Positions 29,287-40,200 of a DNA stretch of 64,000 nt are shown piece by piece. Location: the IMG/VR virus record IMGVR_UViG_3300030102_006261, positions 64,001 to 128,000 of that record; one strand, written 5' to 3'. Position 1 is the stretch's first letter. Each line of letters begins with the position of its first letter. The notes beneath the pieces are model-generated. The model had not been told where the DNA came from. It was given only the letters and a program-made list of their open reading frames with translations, and did not search any database. Both the position numbers and the translations under genes were made by a program. Source of the stretch: a virus.

Positions 29287-31809
29287 ATGCAAAATTTTTA
29301 TACTAATGTTTCGCTAGTTGGGGATGGTATTCTCTATCGGGCGGTGGAGAACGGTGTATCCGTGAAGAGAGTTGTCAAGTATCAACCAACTCTCTTTGTT
29401 CCATCCAATAAAGAAACTAAATTCAAAACTCTTGATGGAAAGTTTGTTGAACCAATAAATCCTGGTCATATTTCCGATTGTCGTGAGTTTGTAAACAAGT
29501 ACAAAGATATTCCTAATTTTAATATTCATGGCAACACAGACTACGTTTATCAGTACATTGGTGACGAATTCGCAGATGAGGTTGACTATGATATGAATAA
29601 GATCGTAGTCGCTCATATCGATATCGAAACTCAATGTGAGCACGGGTTCCCCCAAGTCGATGATCCTCAAGAGGAAGTGATTGGTATTACACTTTCTGTT
29701 AATCGTAAAAAGTATGTTTTAGGATTGGGTGATTTTAACATTGATGGTGTTGATTGTAGAAACTATGAACACGAGGAAGATCTTCTTGCCGACTTCTTAG
29801 ATATTTGGAAGAGTGAACACCCAGACATCGTGACTGGTTGGAACATTAAGTTCTTTGATATTCCATACCTTGTCCAGAGAATGAACAAACTTCTTTCCCC
29901 GATGGAAACATCTAATCTATCACCTTGGAAAAAGATTCGTGAAAAATTTATTGAGAGATCAAGTAAAAAGCATCGAACATTTCAAATTCTTGGTGTGTCT
30001 ATCCTTGATTATCTGGATTTGTATAAAACATTCACATATACAAATCAGGAGTCATATAGACTTGATCATATTGCTTTTGTTGAACTTGGAGAACGAAAGT
30101 TGGATTATGGTCAATATGAGACTATTCGAGATTTTTATCGAAATGATTTTCAGAAGTTTATGGAATATAATGTTCGAGATGTTGAACTGATTGAAATGCT
30201 CGAAGATAAGATGAAACTCCTAGAACTCGCACTTGCACTCGCCTATTCTGCAAAGGTCAATTATGAGGATGTCTTCTCACAAGTGCGAACTTGGGATCAA
30301 ATTATCTACCACCACCTGAGAAAGGATAATATCGTAATCCCACCCAAGAAGGGTGGTAAGAAAGATGAGCAGTACGTTGGAGCATATGTTAAGGATCCGA
30401 TCACGGGTATGCATGACTGGATTGTTTCTTTTGACTTGAATAGTCTGTACCCTCACCTAATCATGCAGTATAACATCAGCCCGGAAACTATGATCCATCA
30501 AATGCAGGATCATATTATCACACCCAATGCTATTCTTGGTGAGCAATCCAACCATTTGAAGCAAGCGTTAAAAAAGCACACCGATAAAAATTATTCGGTG
30601 GCGGCAAACGGTACTTGTTACAGCCGAGATACTCGTGGGTTCCTTCCAAAGCTTATGTCTAAGATGTATGACGAACGTAAAGCGTACAAGAAGAAGATGA
30701 TCGAGTGTCAGAAACAAAAAGAAAAAGATCCCAGCAATAAGAAGCTCGACTTTGAGATTGCAAAATACAATAACTTCCAGATGGTTCGTAAGATTCAATT
30801 GAACTCAGCTTATGGTGCAATCGGAAATCAGTACTTCCGGTATTACGCCACTGATATGGCTGAAGCAATTACAACTTCTGGTCAATTAAGCATTCGGTGG
30901 ATCGCGGACAAACTCAATGAATTTTTAAATTCTACTGTTGGAACAGACGGATACGATTATGTTGTTGCATCAGATACAGATTCAGTTTATATTCGTCTTG
31001 GTAAATTGGTGGATAAGTTTTTAGATAAAGACTCTGTTGACACGGATAGAATTATTAAATTCTTGGATGACAGTTCTGAAAAAATCATTCAACCTTTCAT
31101 TGACAAGCAATATGACGAACTATGTAAAATGATGAACGCATATGAAAACAAAATGCAGATGGGTAGGGAGGTTATTGCGGAGAGAGGTGTTTGGACCGCC
31201 AAGAAACGATATGCTCTTAACGTTTGGGACTCTGAAGGTGTTCGTTACGAGAGTCCAAAACTCAAGATCATGGGGATTGAAACCACTAGAAGTTCAACTC
31301 CGGCAGTTGTGAGACAAAAACTAAAAGAGGCAATCCGTCTTATTCTAACCACGGATGAAAAGTCTATACAAAATTTTGTGCATGATTTCCATGAATACTT
31401 CTTTGCTCTAGATCCAGATGAAATCGCCTTCCCTCGAAGTGTTTCTAATCTGGAGAAGTACTCTTCTTCTTCTGACATCTACAAAAAGGCTACACCAATC
31501 GCAGTTAAGGGATCACTAATTTACAATCATTTCATAGAGGGTAAAAACTTATCATCCAAGTATGAAAAAATTCAAGAGGGTGATAAAATTAAGTTCATCT
31601 ATCTAAAAGAACCAAATCCAATTGGTGGTGGTAGAGGTGATAAGGTAATATCTTTCCCAACAAAATTACCAAAAGAACTAGATTTACACAGGTTTGTAGA
31701 TTATGATAAGCAATTCAACACGAGTTTCTTGGATCCACTTGAGAATATTCTAAATGTGGTTGATTGGAAGTCCAAACAGGAAGCTTCTTTGGAGGATTTT
31801 TTCTCATGA
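29287..31809 (+). CDS. gp43: Family B DNA polymerase (T4 gp43)
   Basis: ExoI DIET, SFDLNSLYP, KIQLNSAYG, SDTDS, KKRY; C-terminal clamp-binding SLEDFF. Confidence 0.98.
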   Translation: MQNFYTNVSLVGDGILYRAVENGVSVKRVVKYQPTLFVPSNKETKFKTLDGKFVEPINPGHISDCREFVNKYKDIPNFNIHGNTDYVYQYIGDEFADEVDYDMNKIVVAHIDIETQCEHGFPQVDDPQEEVIGITLSVNRKKYVLGLGDFNIDGVDCRNYEHEEDLLADFLDIWKSEHPDIVTGWNIKFFDIPYLVQRMNKLLSPMETSNLSPWKKIREKFIERSSKKHRTFQILGVSILDYLDLYKTFTYTNQESYRLDHIAFVELGERKLDYGQYETIRDFYRNDFQKFMEYNVRDVELIEMLEDKMKLLELALALAYSAKVNYEDVFSQVRTWDQIIYHHLRKDNIVIPPKKGGKKDEQYVGAYVKDPITGMHDWIVSFDLNSLYPHLIMQYNISPETMIHQMQDHIITPNAILGEQSNHLKQALKKHTDKNYSVAANGTCYSRDTRGFLPKLMSKMYDERKAYKKKMIECQKQKEKDPSNKKLDFEIAKYNNFQMVRKIQLNSAYGAIGNQYFRYYATDMAEAITTSGQLSIRWIADKLNEFLNSTVGTDGYDYVVASDTDSVYIRLGKLVDKFLDKDSVDTDRIIKFLDDSSEKIIQPFIDKQYDELCKMMNAYENKMQMGREVIAERGVWTAKKRYALNVWDSEGVRYESPKLKIMGIETTRSSTPAVVRQKLKEAIRLILTTDEKSIQNFVHDFHEYFFALDPDEIAFPRSVSNLEKYSSSSDIYKKATPIAVKGSLIYNHFIEGKNLSSKYEKIQEGDKIKFIYLKEPNPIGGGRGDKVISFPTKLPKELDLHRFVDYDKQFNTSFLDPLENILNVVDWKSKQEASLEDFFS

Positions 31810-31997
31810 AAATAGAGATTACATCGCAAGAATTGGAAAAGATGAAAAGTGTGATAGATAAATTATACCAAAATTACAGTGAACAAATTAGACAAGCTTA
31901 CGCAGATGAAAACACACCGATAAAAGAAATAAATCGACTTAATGGTGAGAGAGATGATCTCAAGCCAATTTTAGAGATGCTTAAAAGACATAGATAG
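31806..31997 (+). CDS. Small hypothetical protein
   Basis: ATGA-coupled to gp43; helical. Confidence 0.5.
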   Translation: MKIEITSQELEKMKSVIDKLYQNYSEQIRQAYADENTPIKEINRLNGERDDLKPILEMLKRHR

Positions 31998-32005
31998 GAG
32001 ATAAA

Positions 32006-33070
32006 ATGGATCAATTTTTAAATGATTTTGTAAAAGAGAGCGGTAACAAATACGCTAATGTGGTTTGTGATGGTCTGGAAGGAGCCGATGTTGATGGATT
32101 TGTTGATACTGGATCTTTCGCTTTTAATGCTCTGCTCTCTGGGAGTATTTACGGCGGAATTCCTAATAATAAAATCATCGCAATCGCCGGGGAGTCTGCC
32201 ACAGGAAAGACTTATTTCACGCTTGGGATCGTGCATAAGTTTCTTTCTGACAATCCTAGCGGGGTGGTATTGTATTTTGATACTGAGCAAGCTGTAACTT
32301 CGAGCATGTTTACTGATCGTGGAGTCGATTCTAGTAGAGTGGCAGTTTTCCCTGTTGCAACGATTGAAGACTTCCGACATCAAGCGATCAAGATTGTTGA
32401 CAAGTATCTGGAACTTCCTAAGTCTGAGAGAAAGCCGATGCTAATCTGTCTCGACTCACTTGGGATGTTGAGCACTGATAAGGAGATCGTTGATACCGCA
32501 GAGGGTAAAGGAACCCGAGATATGACTCGCGCACAGATGATCAAGTCCACATTTCGTGTGTTGACCATCAAGCTGGGTAAAGCTGGTATTCCTCTTATCC
32601 TCACTAACCACACTTACGATGTGATTGGTTCCATGTTCCCCCAAAAGGAAATGGGTGGTGGATCTGGTCTCAAATACGCTGCCTCTACCATCGTTTATCT
32701 TTCGAAGAAGAAGCTAAAGGAGGGGACAGATGTGATTGGTAATATTATTCACTGTAAGTTGTACAAGAGTAGGTTCACAAAAGAAAACTCTATGATTGAT
32801 GTGATGTTGAACTATGATGAGGGTCTTAACCCATACTATGGTTTAATTGATCTCGCTCTGAAGTATGATCTAGTGAGTAAAGTTTCAAATAGAATTCAAT
32901 TTAAGGATGGTAGCAAGGTATATGAAAAGCAAATCTACAAGAACCCAGAAAAATACTTTTCTGAAGATTTTATGCAAGAACTGGATAGAGTCGCACAGAG
33001 AGAATTTAGATATGGAAAAGATGATTCGGGAAGTTATAGTGAAGGGGTGGAGGACCAGAACGATGGATGA
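32006..33070 (+). CDS. uvsX: RecA-like recombinase UvsX
   Basis: [31 protein letters not shown]. Confidence 0.96.
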   Translation: MDQFLNDFVKESGNKYANVVCDGLEGADVDGFVDTGSFAFNALLSGSIYGGIPNNKIIAIAGESATGKTYFTLGIVHKFLSDNPSGVVLYFDTEQAVTSSMFTDRGVDSSRVAVFPVATIEDFRHQAIKIVDKYLELPKSERKPMLICLDSLGMLSTDKEIVDTAEGKGTRDMTRAQMIKSTFRVLTIKLGKAGIPLILTNHTYDVIGSMFPQKEMGGGSGLKYAASTIVYLSKKKLKEGTDVIGNIIHCKLYKSRFTKENSMIDVMLNYDEGLNPYYGLIDLALKYDLVSKVSNRIQFKDGSKVYEKQIYKNPEKYFSEDFMQELDRVAQREFRYGKDDSGSYSEGVEDQNDG

Positions 33071-33371
33071 TAATACAGGCTTTAGGTATGTGGATGAGCA
33101 TACGGATGGTAATATCCCGGTCGAAATAACTGAGGGTAAGTTTAAGGGATTTCAATTTAGATATGATGGTGTCTACTTTGAAGAGAAGGACGAAGAGTTG
33201 CATTTCAACTATGATTATGATATAGTGAAGAATGAACAGGACTTCGACGAGGATGATCCAGAACTAAAGAAAGCCATGAATAATATTCTGTTTCAGGTTT
33301 TAGATGAACAGCTTTCAATGGTTGGTGAAGAAGAGGAACTTTTACGGGAGACTAATGACGAAGACTCTTGA
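33063..33371 (+). CDS. Acidic protein at the T4 gp40 (head vertex chaperone) position
   Basis: Synteny uvsX-X-gp41 only; similarity to gp40 not verifiable by eye. Confidence 0.45.
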   Translation: MDDNTGFRYVDEHTDGNIPVEITEGKFKGFQFRYDGVYFEEKDEELHFNYDYDIVKNEQDFDEDDPELKKAMNNILFQVLDEQLSMVGEEEELLRETNDEDS

Positions 33372-34761
33372 AAAAATCATACTACAGAATCTTTTGTACA
33401 ACGAAGATTATTCTAGGAAAGTTGCTCCGTTTTTAAAGACGGAGTATTTCCATGACAGAAGCGAAAGAATAATTTTTGAGATAGCTCAAGGTTTTATATT
33501 GAATTATAATAACTTACCCACAAAAGAAATAATTACCATTGAGGTGGATAAACTTAAGACAATAACCGAAGAGGATTTCAAAAACATACAAAATATTTTG
33601 ACCGATCTCTGTGAGGAGGACGTTGATTTTTCATGGTTAGTTGAGCAGACTGAAAACTTCTGTAAGGACAAAGCGGTTTACAACGCGATTATGGAATCAA
33701 TTCACATAATCGATGGTGAATCTAAGACTCAAAACTCTAATGCAATACCTGAAATTCTTTCAGATGCTCTCGCTGTATCTTTTGACACACACGTTGGACA
33801 TGATTATCTAGAGGACTCAGATGATCGATTTGATTTTTATCATCGTGTTGAAAAGAAAGTCCCATTTGATCTAGAATACTTTAACACAATCACTGCCGGT
33901 GGTACACCTCAGAAAACTCTTAATATTATCATGGCTGGGACTGGTGTTGGTAAATCTTTGTTTTTGTGTCATCATGCTGCAAACTGTCTGTCACAAAACA
34001 ACAATGTATTGTACATAACATGTGAGATGGCAGAGGAGAGGATCGCAGAAAGAATTGATGCTAATCTTTTTGACATGACCATTGATGATGTGCAGGATTT
34101 ACCTAAGTCCATTTATAGCAAAAAGTTGGAGACGTTAAAGTCTACTATTAAGGGTAAGTTGATTGTCAAAGAATATCCTACTGCAACTGCGAACGTAAAT
34201 CACTTCCGCGCTCTCCTTGATGAGTTATGGATGAAAAAGCAATTCAAACCAGATATCATTTTCATTGACTACTTGAATATTTGTGCCTCTGCTAGACTTA
34301 AAAATGGAAATAACGTTAACTCTTATAGCTACATAAAGGCGATAGCAGAGGAACTGCGTGGGATGGCCGTGGAAAGATCAGTGCCCATATTTTCAGCGAC
34401 TCAGGTTAACCGTGGTGGTTTTAATAACACTGATGTTGGCTTAGAGGATACGTCTGAATCTTTCGGGTTACCCGCAACGGCAGACTTTATGATAGCATTA
34501 ATTTCAACAGAGGAACTGGAAGAATTGAATCAGATCATGGTGAAACAACTTAAGAATCGCTATAATGACGTAGCGAGTAATAAGAAGTTTCTTCTCGGAA
34601 TCAACCGAGGCAAAATGAAATTGTATGACGTTGATCATGGATCCGGTGAATTAGTTCAGTCAAATCAAACCGATAGTCATGATAATGGTAATGGGTTTAA
34701 CGGAAAAAATTTCGATTCTAAATTTCAAAGTAGTTCTAAATTTGAAAGTTGGAGTATATAA
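33355..34761 (+). CDS. gp41: Replicative helicase (T4 gp41)
   Basis: AGTGVGKS, EMAEE.IAERID, DYLNIC, ATQ.NR, SESFGLPATAD, QLKNRY. Confidence 0.97.
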   Translation: MTKTLEKIILQNLLYNEDYSRKVAPFLKTEYFHDRSERIIFEIAQGFILNYNNLPTKEIITIEVDKLKTITEEDFKNIQNILTDLCEEDVDFSWLVEQTENFCKDKAVYNAIMESIHIIDGESKTQNSNAIPEILSDALAVSFDTHVGHDYLEDSDDRFDFYHRVEKKVPFDLEYFNTITAGGTPQKTLNIIMAGTGVGKSLFLCHHAANCLSQNNNVLYITCEMAEERIAERIDANLFDMTIDDVQDLPKSIYSKKLETLKSTIKGKLIVKEYPTATANVNHFRALLDELWMKKQFKPDIIFIDYLNICASARLKNGNNVNSYSYIKAIAEELRGMAVERSVPIFSATQVNRGGFNNTDVGLEDTSESFGLPATADFMIALISTEELEELNQIMVKQLKNRYNDVASNKKFLLGINRGKMKLYDVDHGSGELVQSNQTDSHDNGNGFNGKNFDSKFQSSSKFESWSI

Positions 34762-35813
34762 TGACAACTTACATCGATAAAAAGTTTATCAATCTAGTTT
34801 CGTCCCACCTAGATAAGTTTAGTTGGAAGAAAAATGATTTAGCGAATTGTCGATGTCCAATTTGTGGAGATTCAAAGAAAAACAAAACAAAGGCTCGTGG
34901 TTACTTTTATCAGAAAGGTAACGATTTTTTCTACAAGTGTCACAACTGTGGTGCAGGTCACTCGCTATATAGATTTTTAGAAATGATTTCTCCTGTTTTG
35001 ATGAAGGACTATTCCATGGAGAGATGGAAGTCTGGTGAAAACGGGAGATCAAACTATATACAACCAGAGGAGCGAGAGATGTTAGGTATTAAATCGAAAC
35101 CTAAATTTAAACCACAACCAGAGTTACTAAAGAATTTGACGCGGGTGAAAGATCTAAGCAAAGATCACCCAGCTTATAAATTTGTACAATTAAGAAAAAT
35201 ACCAGAAAAGTTTTATGATATTTTATATTATACAAATGATTTTGGTAGTTTTCAAACTAAGTTAGATCCAACGGCCATGGCTCTGGGTGAAGAGGAAAGG
35301 TTAGTCATTCCATTTTTTAACAAGAGTGGTGATCTTGTTGCTGCACAGGGTAGATTGTTAAATCTGAAATCTGAACAAAATGCGAGACATACGGCTAGGT
35401 ACATAACTGTGAAGGCTGACAAAAGCATAGATCGACTTTGGTATGGAATGTGGAGGGCAAATCCAAAAAAGAGGGTATATGTCGTAGAGGGTCCTCTAGA
35501 TAGTCTCTTCATATCAAACACTATCGCCATGGTTGGTGCCGGTGCGATTGAAAAAATACATCCTAGATTCGACTCCAGTGATGTAGTTTATGCCTTAGAT
35601 AACGAGCCTAGAAACAAACAGATCATAAACTATATGGAAAGATTAATTGATAAGAAATGCAGTGTTTGCATTTGGCCAGATAACGTGAAAGAAAAAGATA
35701 TTAACGATATGATCTATACGAGATCTCATAGAGAAATAAAGAGTATCATCGATAGAAATGTTTACACAGGATTAGAGGCAAAAATGAAACTGATGAAATG
35801 GAGAAAGGTATGA
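34761..35813 (+). CDS. gp61: DNA primase (T4 gp61)
   Basis: Zn ribbon CPICGDS...CHNC, TOPRIM VEGPLDS, DNEPRN, KDIND. Confidence 0.96.
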   Translation: MTTYIDKKFINLVSSHLDKFSWKKNDLANCRCPICGDSKKNKTKARGYFYQKGNDFFYKCHNCGAGHSLYRFLEMISPVLMKDYSMERWKSGENGRSNYIQPEEREMLGIKSKPKFKPQPELLKNLTRVKDLSKDHPAYKFVQLRKIPEKFYDILYYTNDFGSFQTKLDPTAMALGEEERLVIPFFNKSGDLVAAQGRLLNLKSEQNARHTARYITVKADKSIDRLWYGMWRANPKKRVYVVEGPLDSLFISNTIAMVGAGAIEKIHPRFDSSDVVYALDNEPRNKQIINYMERLIDKKCSVCIWPDNVKEKDINDMIYTRSHREIKSIIDRNVYTGLEAKMKLMKWRKV

Positions 35814-35992
35814 TGGAAGAGGATATCCCAGATGAGGTTTTTCTTGAGGCCACCATTCAGTTTGCTAATCACTTCTCTGATTACATAAAAGAATGGAATC
35901 ATGATGTTTGGAGAAGAGCAGTGGACTACGCAAAGAGTTATACTGAACTAGAAGACTTTGATATTTTTTACGGAGATGACAAACGTGACTAA
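35810..35992 (+). CDS. Small acidic hypothetical protein
   Basis: ATGA-coupled ORF between primase and thyX. Confidence 0.5.
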   Translation: MMEEDIPDEVFLEATIQFANHFSDYIKEWNHDVWRRAVDYAKSYTELEDFDIFYGDDKRD

Positions 35993-36716
35993 AATTTTAA
36001 ACGCAGGGCATGTTGAATTAGTTGATCATATGGGAAATGATTTAACTGTGGTTAATGCTGCTAGAGTTTCTTTTAATAAAGAAAGTGAATGGACGTACGA
36101 TGAAGAGGCAATGGAAAGAATTAAGGGATCAAACTGGCAATCTGACAGACTGAGAGAAGAGTTTAAAAAATTATCAGACGCAGATAAAAAACTCATATCA
36201 TATTTAGCCAAACACAAGCACTGGACACCTTTTGCACATCCACAGATCACGTTGAGAATTAAAGCTCCCGTGTCAATTAGAACTCAGTTCTTTAAGCATA
36301 AGCAGGGATTTGTTGAGAATGAAATCAGTCGAAGATATGTCTCATATGATCCAGAGTTCTATTTACCTCACTGGAGAGGGCAACCAAAGAATGGTGCTAA
36401 ACAAGGGAGTGAAGATTTTATAGCTTTACCATCAGAATCAATACGAGCATATTCTAAAGCACTCGACGCTTCTTTGGAGGCATACCATAAACTAATTGAC
36501 TCTGGTGTTGCTCCGGAACAAGCACGTTTCGTTTTACCACAAGCGATGTACACAGAATGGTATTGGACTGGATCTCTCGCAGCATACGCTAGATTTTACA
36601 GTCAAAGATCAGATCCACATGCTCAATGGGAAATTCGTGAGTATGCTAGAGTCATTGGTGAAATAATTCAACCACTTTTCCCATTTTCGTGGAAATCGCT
36701 TACTATAAATACATAG
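35976..36716 (+). CDS. thyX: Flavin-dependent thymidylate synthase
   Basis: VNAARVSF, H.HWTPF, NEISRRY, EQARFVLP, HAQWEIR. Confidence 0.95.
   Translation: MTNVTKILNAGHVELVDHMGNDLTVVNAARVSFNKESEWTYDEEAMERIKGSNWQSDRLREEFKKLSDADKKLISYLAKHKHWTPFAHPQITLRIKAPVSIRTQFFKHKQGFVENEISRRYVSYDPEFYLPHWRGQPKNGAKQGSEDFIALPSESIRAYSKALDASLEAYHKLIDSGVAPEQARFVLPQAMYTEWYWTGSLAAYARFYSQRSDPHAQWEIREYARVIGEIIQPLFPFSWKSLTINT
36704..36711 (+). promoter_or_regulatory. T4-type late promoter
   Basis: TATAAATA 17 nt upstream of the 36729 start. Confidence 0.75.
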
Positions 36717-36728
36717 TAAGGAAAACTT

Positions 36729-37211
36729 ATGGCACAAAAAAATTACGACATAGAAATAGATCAGGGTGAAAAGTTTGGACTGTACTTTCAGTTTACTGAT
36801 GATAATGATAGTCTAATAGATCTTAACAGTTATAAGGCAAACATGGAGCTTCGTAGGTTTGCCGGTGACTCCGAGATTCTTGTTCACTTGAGTGGTAGTG
36901 GTCCAACTGGAATGGGTGCAGGGACCGGTGGTAGATATGGAATTACCGGGGGTGGATCAACTGGATTCTTTAGTTCCTTGGCCACTGGGGGTGTGTCTGG
37001 AACTGGAGGTATTTTCTTTAATGCATCCTCGACTGGATCTGTTGTATATAATGCAACCGGAGGAGTATTCATTTCTATGGATGCAGAAACAACTTCAAAT
37101 GTCCCGTTCGGAAGACATTTCTATGATTTAGAATTTTTAAATCCTTCAAAAGAAACCATTAAGGTTTTAAAGGGAAGATTTGTTGTCAACAGAGAAGTAA
37201 CTAGAGATTGA
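36729..37211 (+). CDS. Virion structural protein, Ig/BppU-like, with Gly-rich insert
   Basis: I.QG..F, DL..Y.A.M..R, YDLE...L.G.F.V pattern; late promoter. Confidence 0.6.
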   Translation: MAQKNYDIEIDQGEKFGLYFQFTDDNDSLIDLNSYKANMELRRFAGDSEILVHLSGSGPTGMGAGTGGRYGITGGGSTGFFSSLATGGVSGTGGIFFNASSTGSVVYNATGGVFISMDAETTSNVPFGRHFYDLEFLNPSKETIKVLKGRFVVNREVTRD

Positions 37212-37222
37212 TTGGAGAATAG

Positions 37223-40200
37223 ATGCCTTTTCATGGTGGATTTGGTCAAGACCAAGATGTTGTAAATCCTGAACTTTACTTAAAACGTTATGTTGAGGGT
37301 GATATCTATTCTGGTGCGGTGTTACTAAACGAAAGTCCAACTTCGGTTGATGCTACTCAATATGAATACAGTCTGAGTGTATTCTCCAACATGTTCTCTG
37401 GAGCAAACTCTGATTTTTTCTCAGCGGATGAATGGCCGATAGAACTACCAAACTCAAATGGACTTTTTCAGTTTACTGGTAAACTGGGATCCTCCACTAC
37501 TGCGTTTAAGCAACTTGGCTTTGCGGGACGAAACTTTACCACTGTAGGATTTGATTCTAACTCTGATGGGGTGATTGACAATCCTGTTAGTTCATATAGA
37601 TATAATTTTTCTACAATAAATGAGATCTCTCCTATTCAGACCTTACCGGGTGTTAATTTATCTTACGATCCAGTTGAGTCTAGTGCTGTTACAAGATTTA
37701 CTTATAATCGGGCGTTTCCTGAATTTGCTAGTACAGACTTATATACTACACTCTCAGAGAGAATCCCAAGACGGCCGAAATACTATAAGTATGGAATGTA
37801 CTATGATACATCCGAAAACGAAATGCGAAGTATAAAAGAGCAGTCTTTTGCTTGTGGATTCGACAACGGATTTTATGTTGATCAAGAGGGTAAGATAAAA
37901 GTGATGAGTCAAGGTTATGAATTTGCTCGCTCCGCACCAATTTTTGGTATATTTTCTTTCATGGACAAATTTTTGTTTAATGAAAATGGTATAGAAACAG
38001 CTACAGAATATAATAGTGTTTTTGATCCATCATCTGAGTATTTTATACCAGAGGGAGTTGACTGGGAGTATGATTCAAGTGAGGGGCCTTTTCTTGGACT
38101 AGATCATAACGCTAGGATGACTAAGTACCTAAATGAGCCTTACGCAAATGTTGCACATTTAATTAGGTTGTATTTAAATAGAAAATTCTTTGATAAGATG
38201 CTGGAGCAGTTACCAGAGTGGTCACATCTATGCTCCGTTATTCAATATTATGACGAAGACTTGGAAATAAAATCTATTGCTATGGCAGCGAATGATGCTG
38301 CTATCTTATTGGACACTGAGGGAAAAATACACGTAATCAGTAACGCAGGTAAAACTTCCAGTACTACCACCGATGTAAGTAGCTGCTCTTACGGCGCCGC
38401 CCGTGATTTAGTTCAGCATCTTATGGTTTACTACCCCGAAAAATATAGAAAACAAGATTGGAATCAATATTTAGATTCCAATGGTGTACCAGAAGATCTA
38501 GGCTCTTTCCCATACATGAGTTCTGAAAAATATTTTTGGGTCGATGACACTGGAGAATTGGTCGATACTGAGGATGTAAAGTTTGTATCTGTGCAGGCTG
38601 ATGGAGGATCTCTTCCGGGAGAAGGTGTCACTTTTCTTGCGATAGATGATCAGGGTAAAGTGTATGCTCGTGAAATAAAGAGCACGATGACATATGAACC
38701 GGTTAGGGTGAATATTCCAGCGACAAATGGAGAGGGTTATAGACGTTTCATAGAGAGACCTAAATACTCGTCATACAGTTCATCTGGGCTACCATCTTCG
38801 GAGCTACATCCTGAATTCATGAAGGGTGGTGAGTTCATAGACTCGACTGGTGGTCGAACAAGATCACAACCAACGCTGGGTTTCGACGACTTCACTGATC
38901 TGCTTGAGGATGTCTTCAATGATATTGGATACGCTTATCCATCTGATCCCACAAATCCCAATGCAGAAAACATTCCGTTCTTTGATCCCAGAGTTCGTGA
39001 AAGGTATGATAGATTCTTGTTGAATGGTGATCCACACCGAGTGGCTGCTCGTTATAGGGACATCACAAATCCCGCAAGTGTAATGATCAATCCGGAAACA
39101 GGGAATATTCTTCATACAGATAATTCAATTATGAGATTTTTGGCATCGAGTCTGAGAGAAATACCTCTAGACGCTAATGGAAATAGGTGTCGTGTTTTAT
39201 CACTTACGGACACCTTTGAGCACTTGAGTGCCGTTTTGTATGTAGATGTTAGTGGTAGGAGTCATGCCACTCTACCCGATGATCCTGGTCCTCTGAATAT
39301 TGACGCAGAAACGGAGGTCATACCAAACGGTAGGATAGGAATCACTCATATCGGGACAATGCAACTGCGCAATGGTAATTTGATGACTTTTCTTTCCAAG
39401 AAACTGTCTCCAAGATTGCTTGTAAAAACTTTTGATCAAAATAAAGATCCCCTTGACCCATCTTTATATGAGTATATTGATAATACGTCAACGTTTGAAG
39501 ACAAAACTATGTCTTTTGATATAGCCACGTATCGTAAATTATTTTTACGAGAGGTTGACGGTAATGAGCACTATATTCCACCTAGAAATATAGGTGGTAC
39601 TCGATCTGGAGTGGTGATACACTCAAACAATGATAAAATAGCTTATATTACGGCTAGACAGTGGAAAGGTTCTGAATTTGATCCACCACAGATACAGAAT
39701 CTACAAGGGCAGGTAGCAGAACTACCCGGTCAAGTACGATCAATATCAGCGTTTAGTGTCCCTCATCCATTATACTTTAGGACACGACCTCGGGCTAGTG
39801 GAATAGATGATATTGTTCCAGATTATGAGCCGTGGAGAAGTTATAATAACTTTACTTCTTTTAATCTGATGTATAATCGAGGTAATCTTATGGCAAACAT
39901 GTTCCTCCCAAACAATAGAGTTAATTATAGTTTTAATAACATACAACAAACATGGGATGATAAAATATACCCCGCATACTCAGATCCCCTGTATGACAAG
40001 ACAAATGGAATTCCAATGATGGGATCTCTAAATGGGTTCAACGGTACATTTTTCAATGCATACGCTTCAGCATACCCCGGATTGTGCAATCCTCCAATGA
40101 TTTTTCCAGACGCAGTACCCGGTCCCGCTGACAGCCCCACCCCTCTTTTAGGCTATTTACCCGGCATTCCACCACATGAACCTGGCGGAATTGTCCCGTA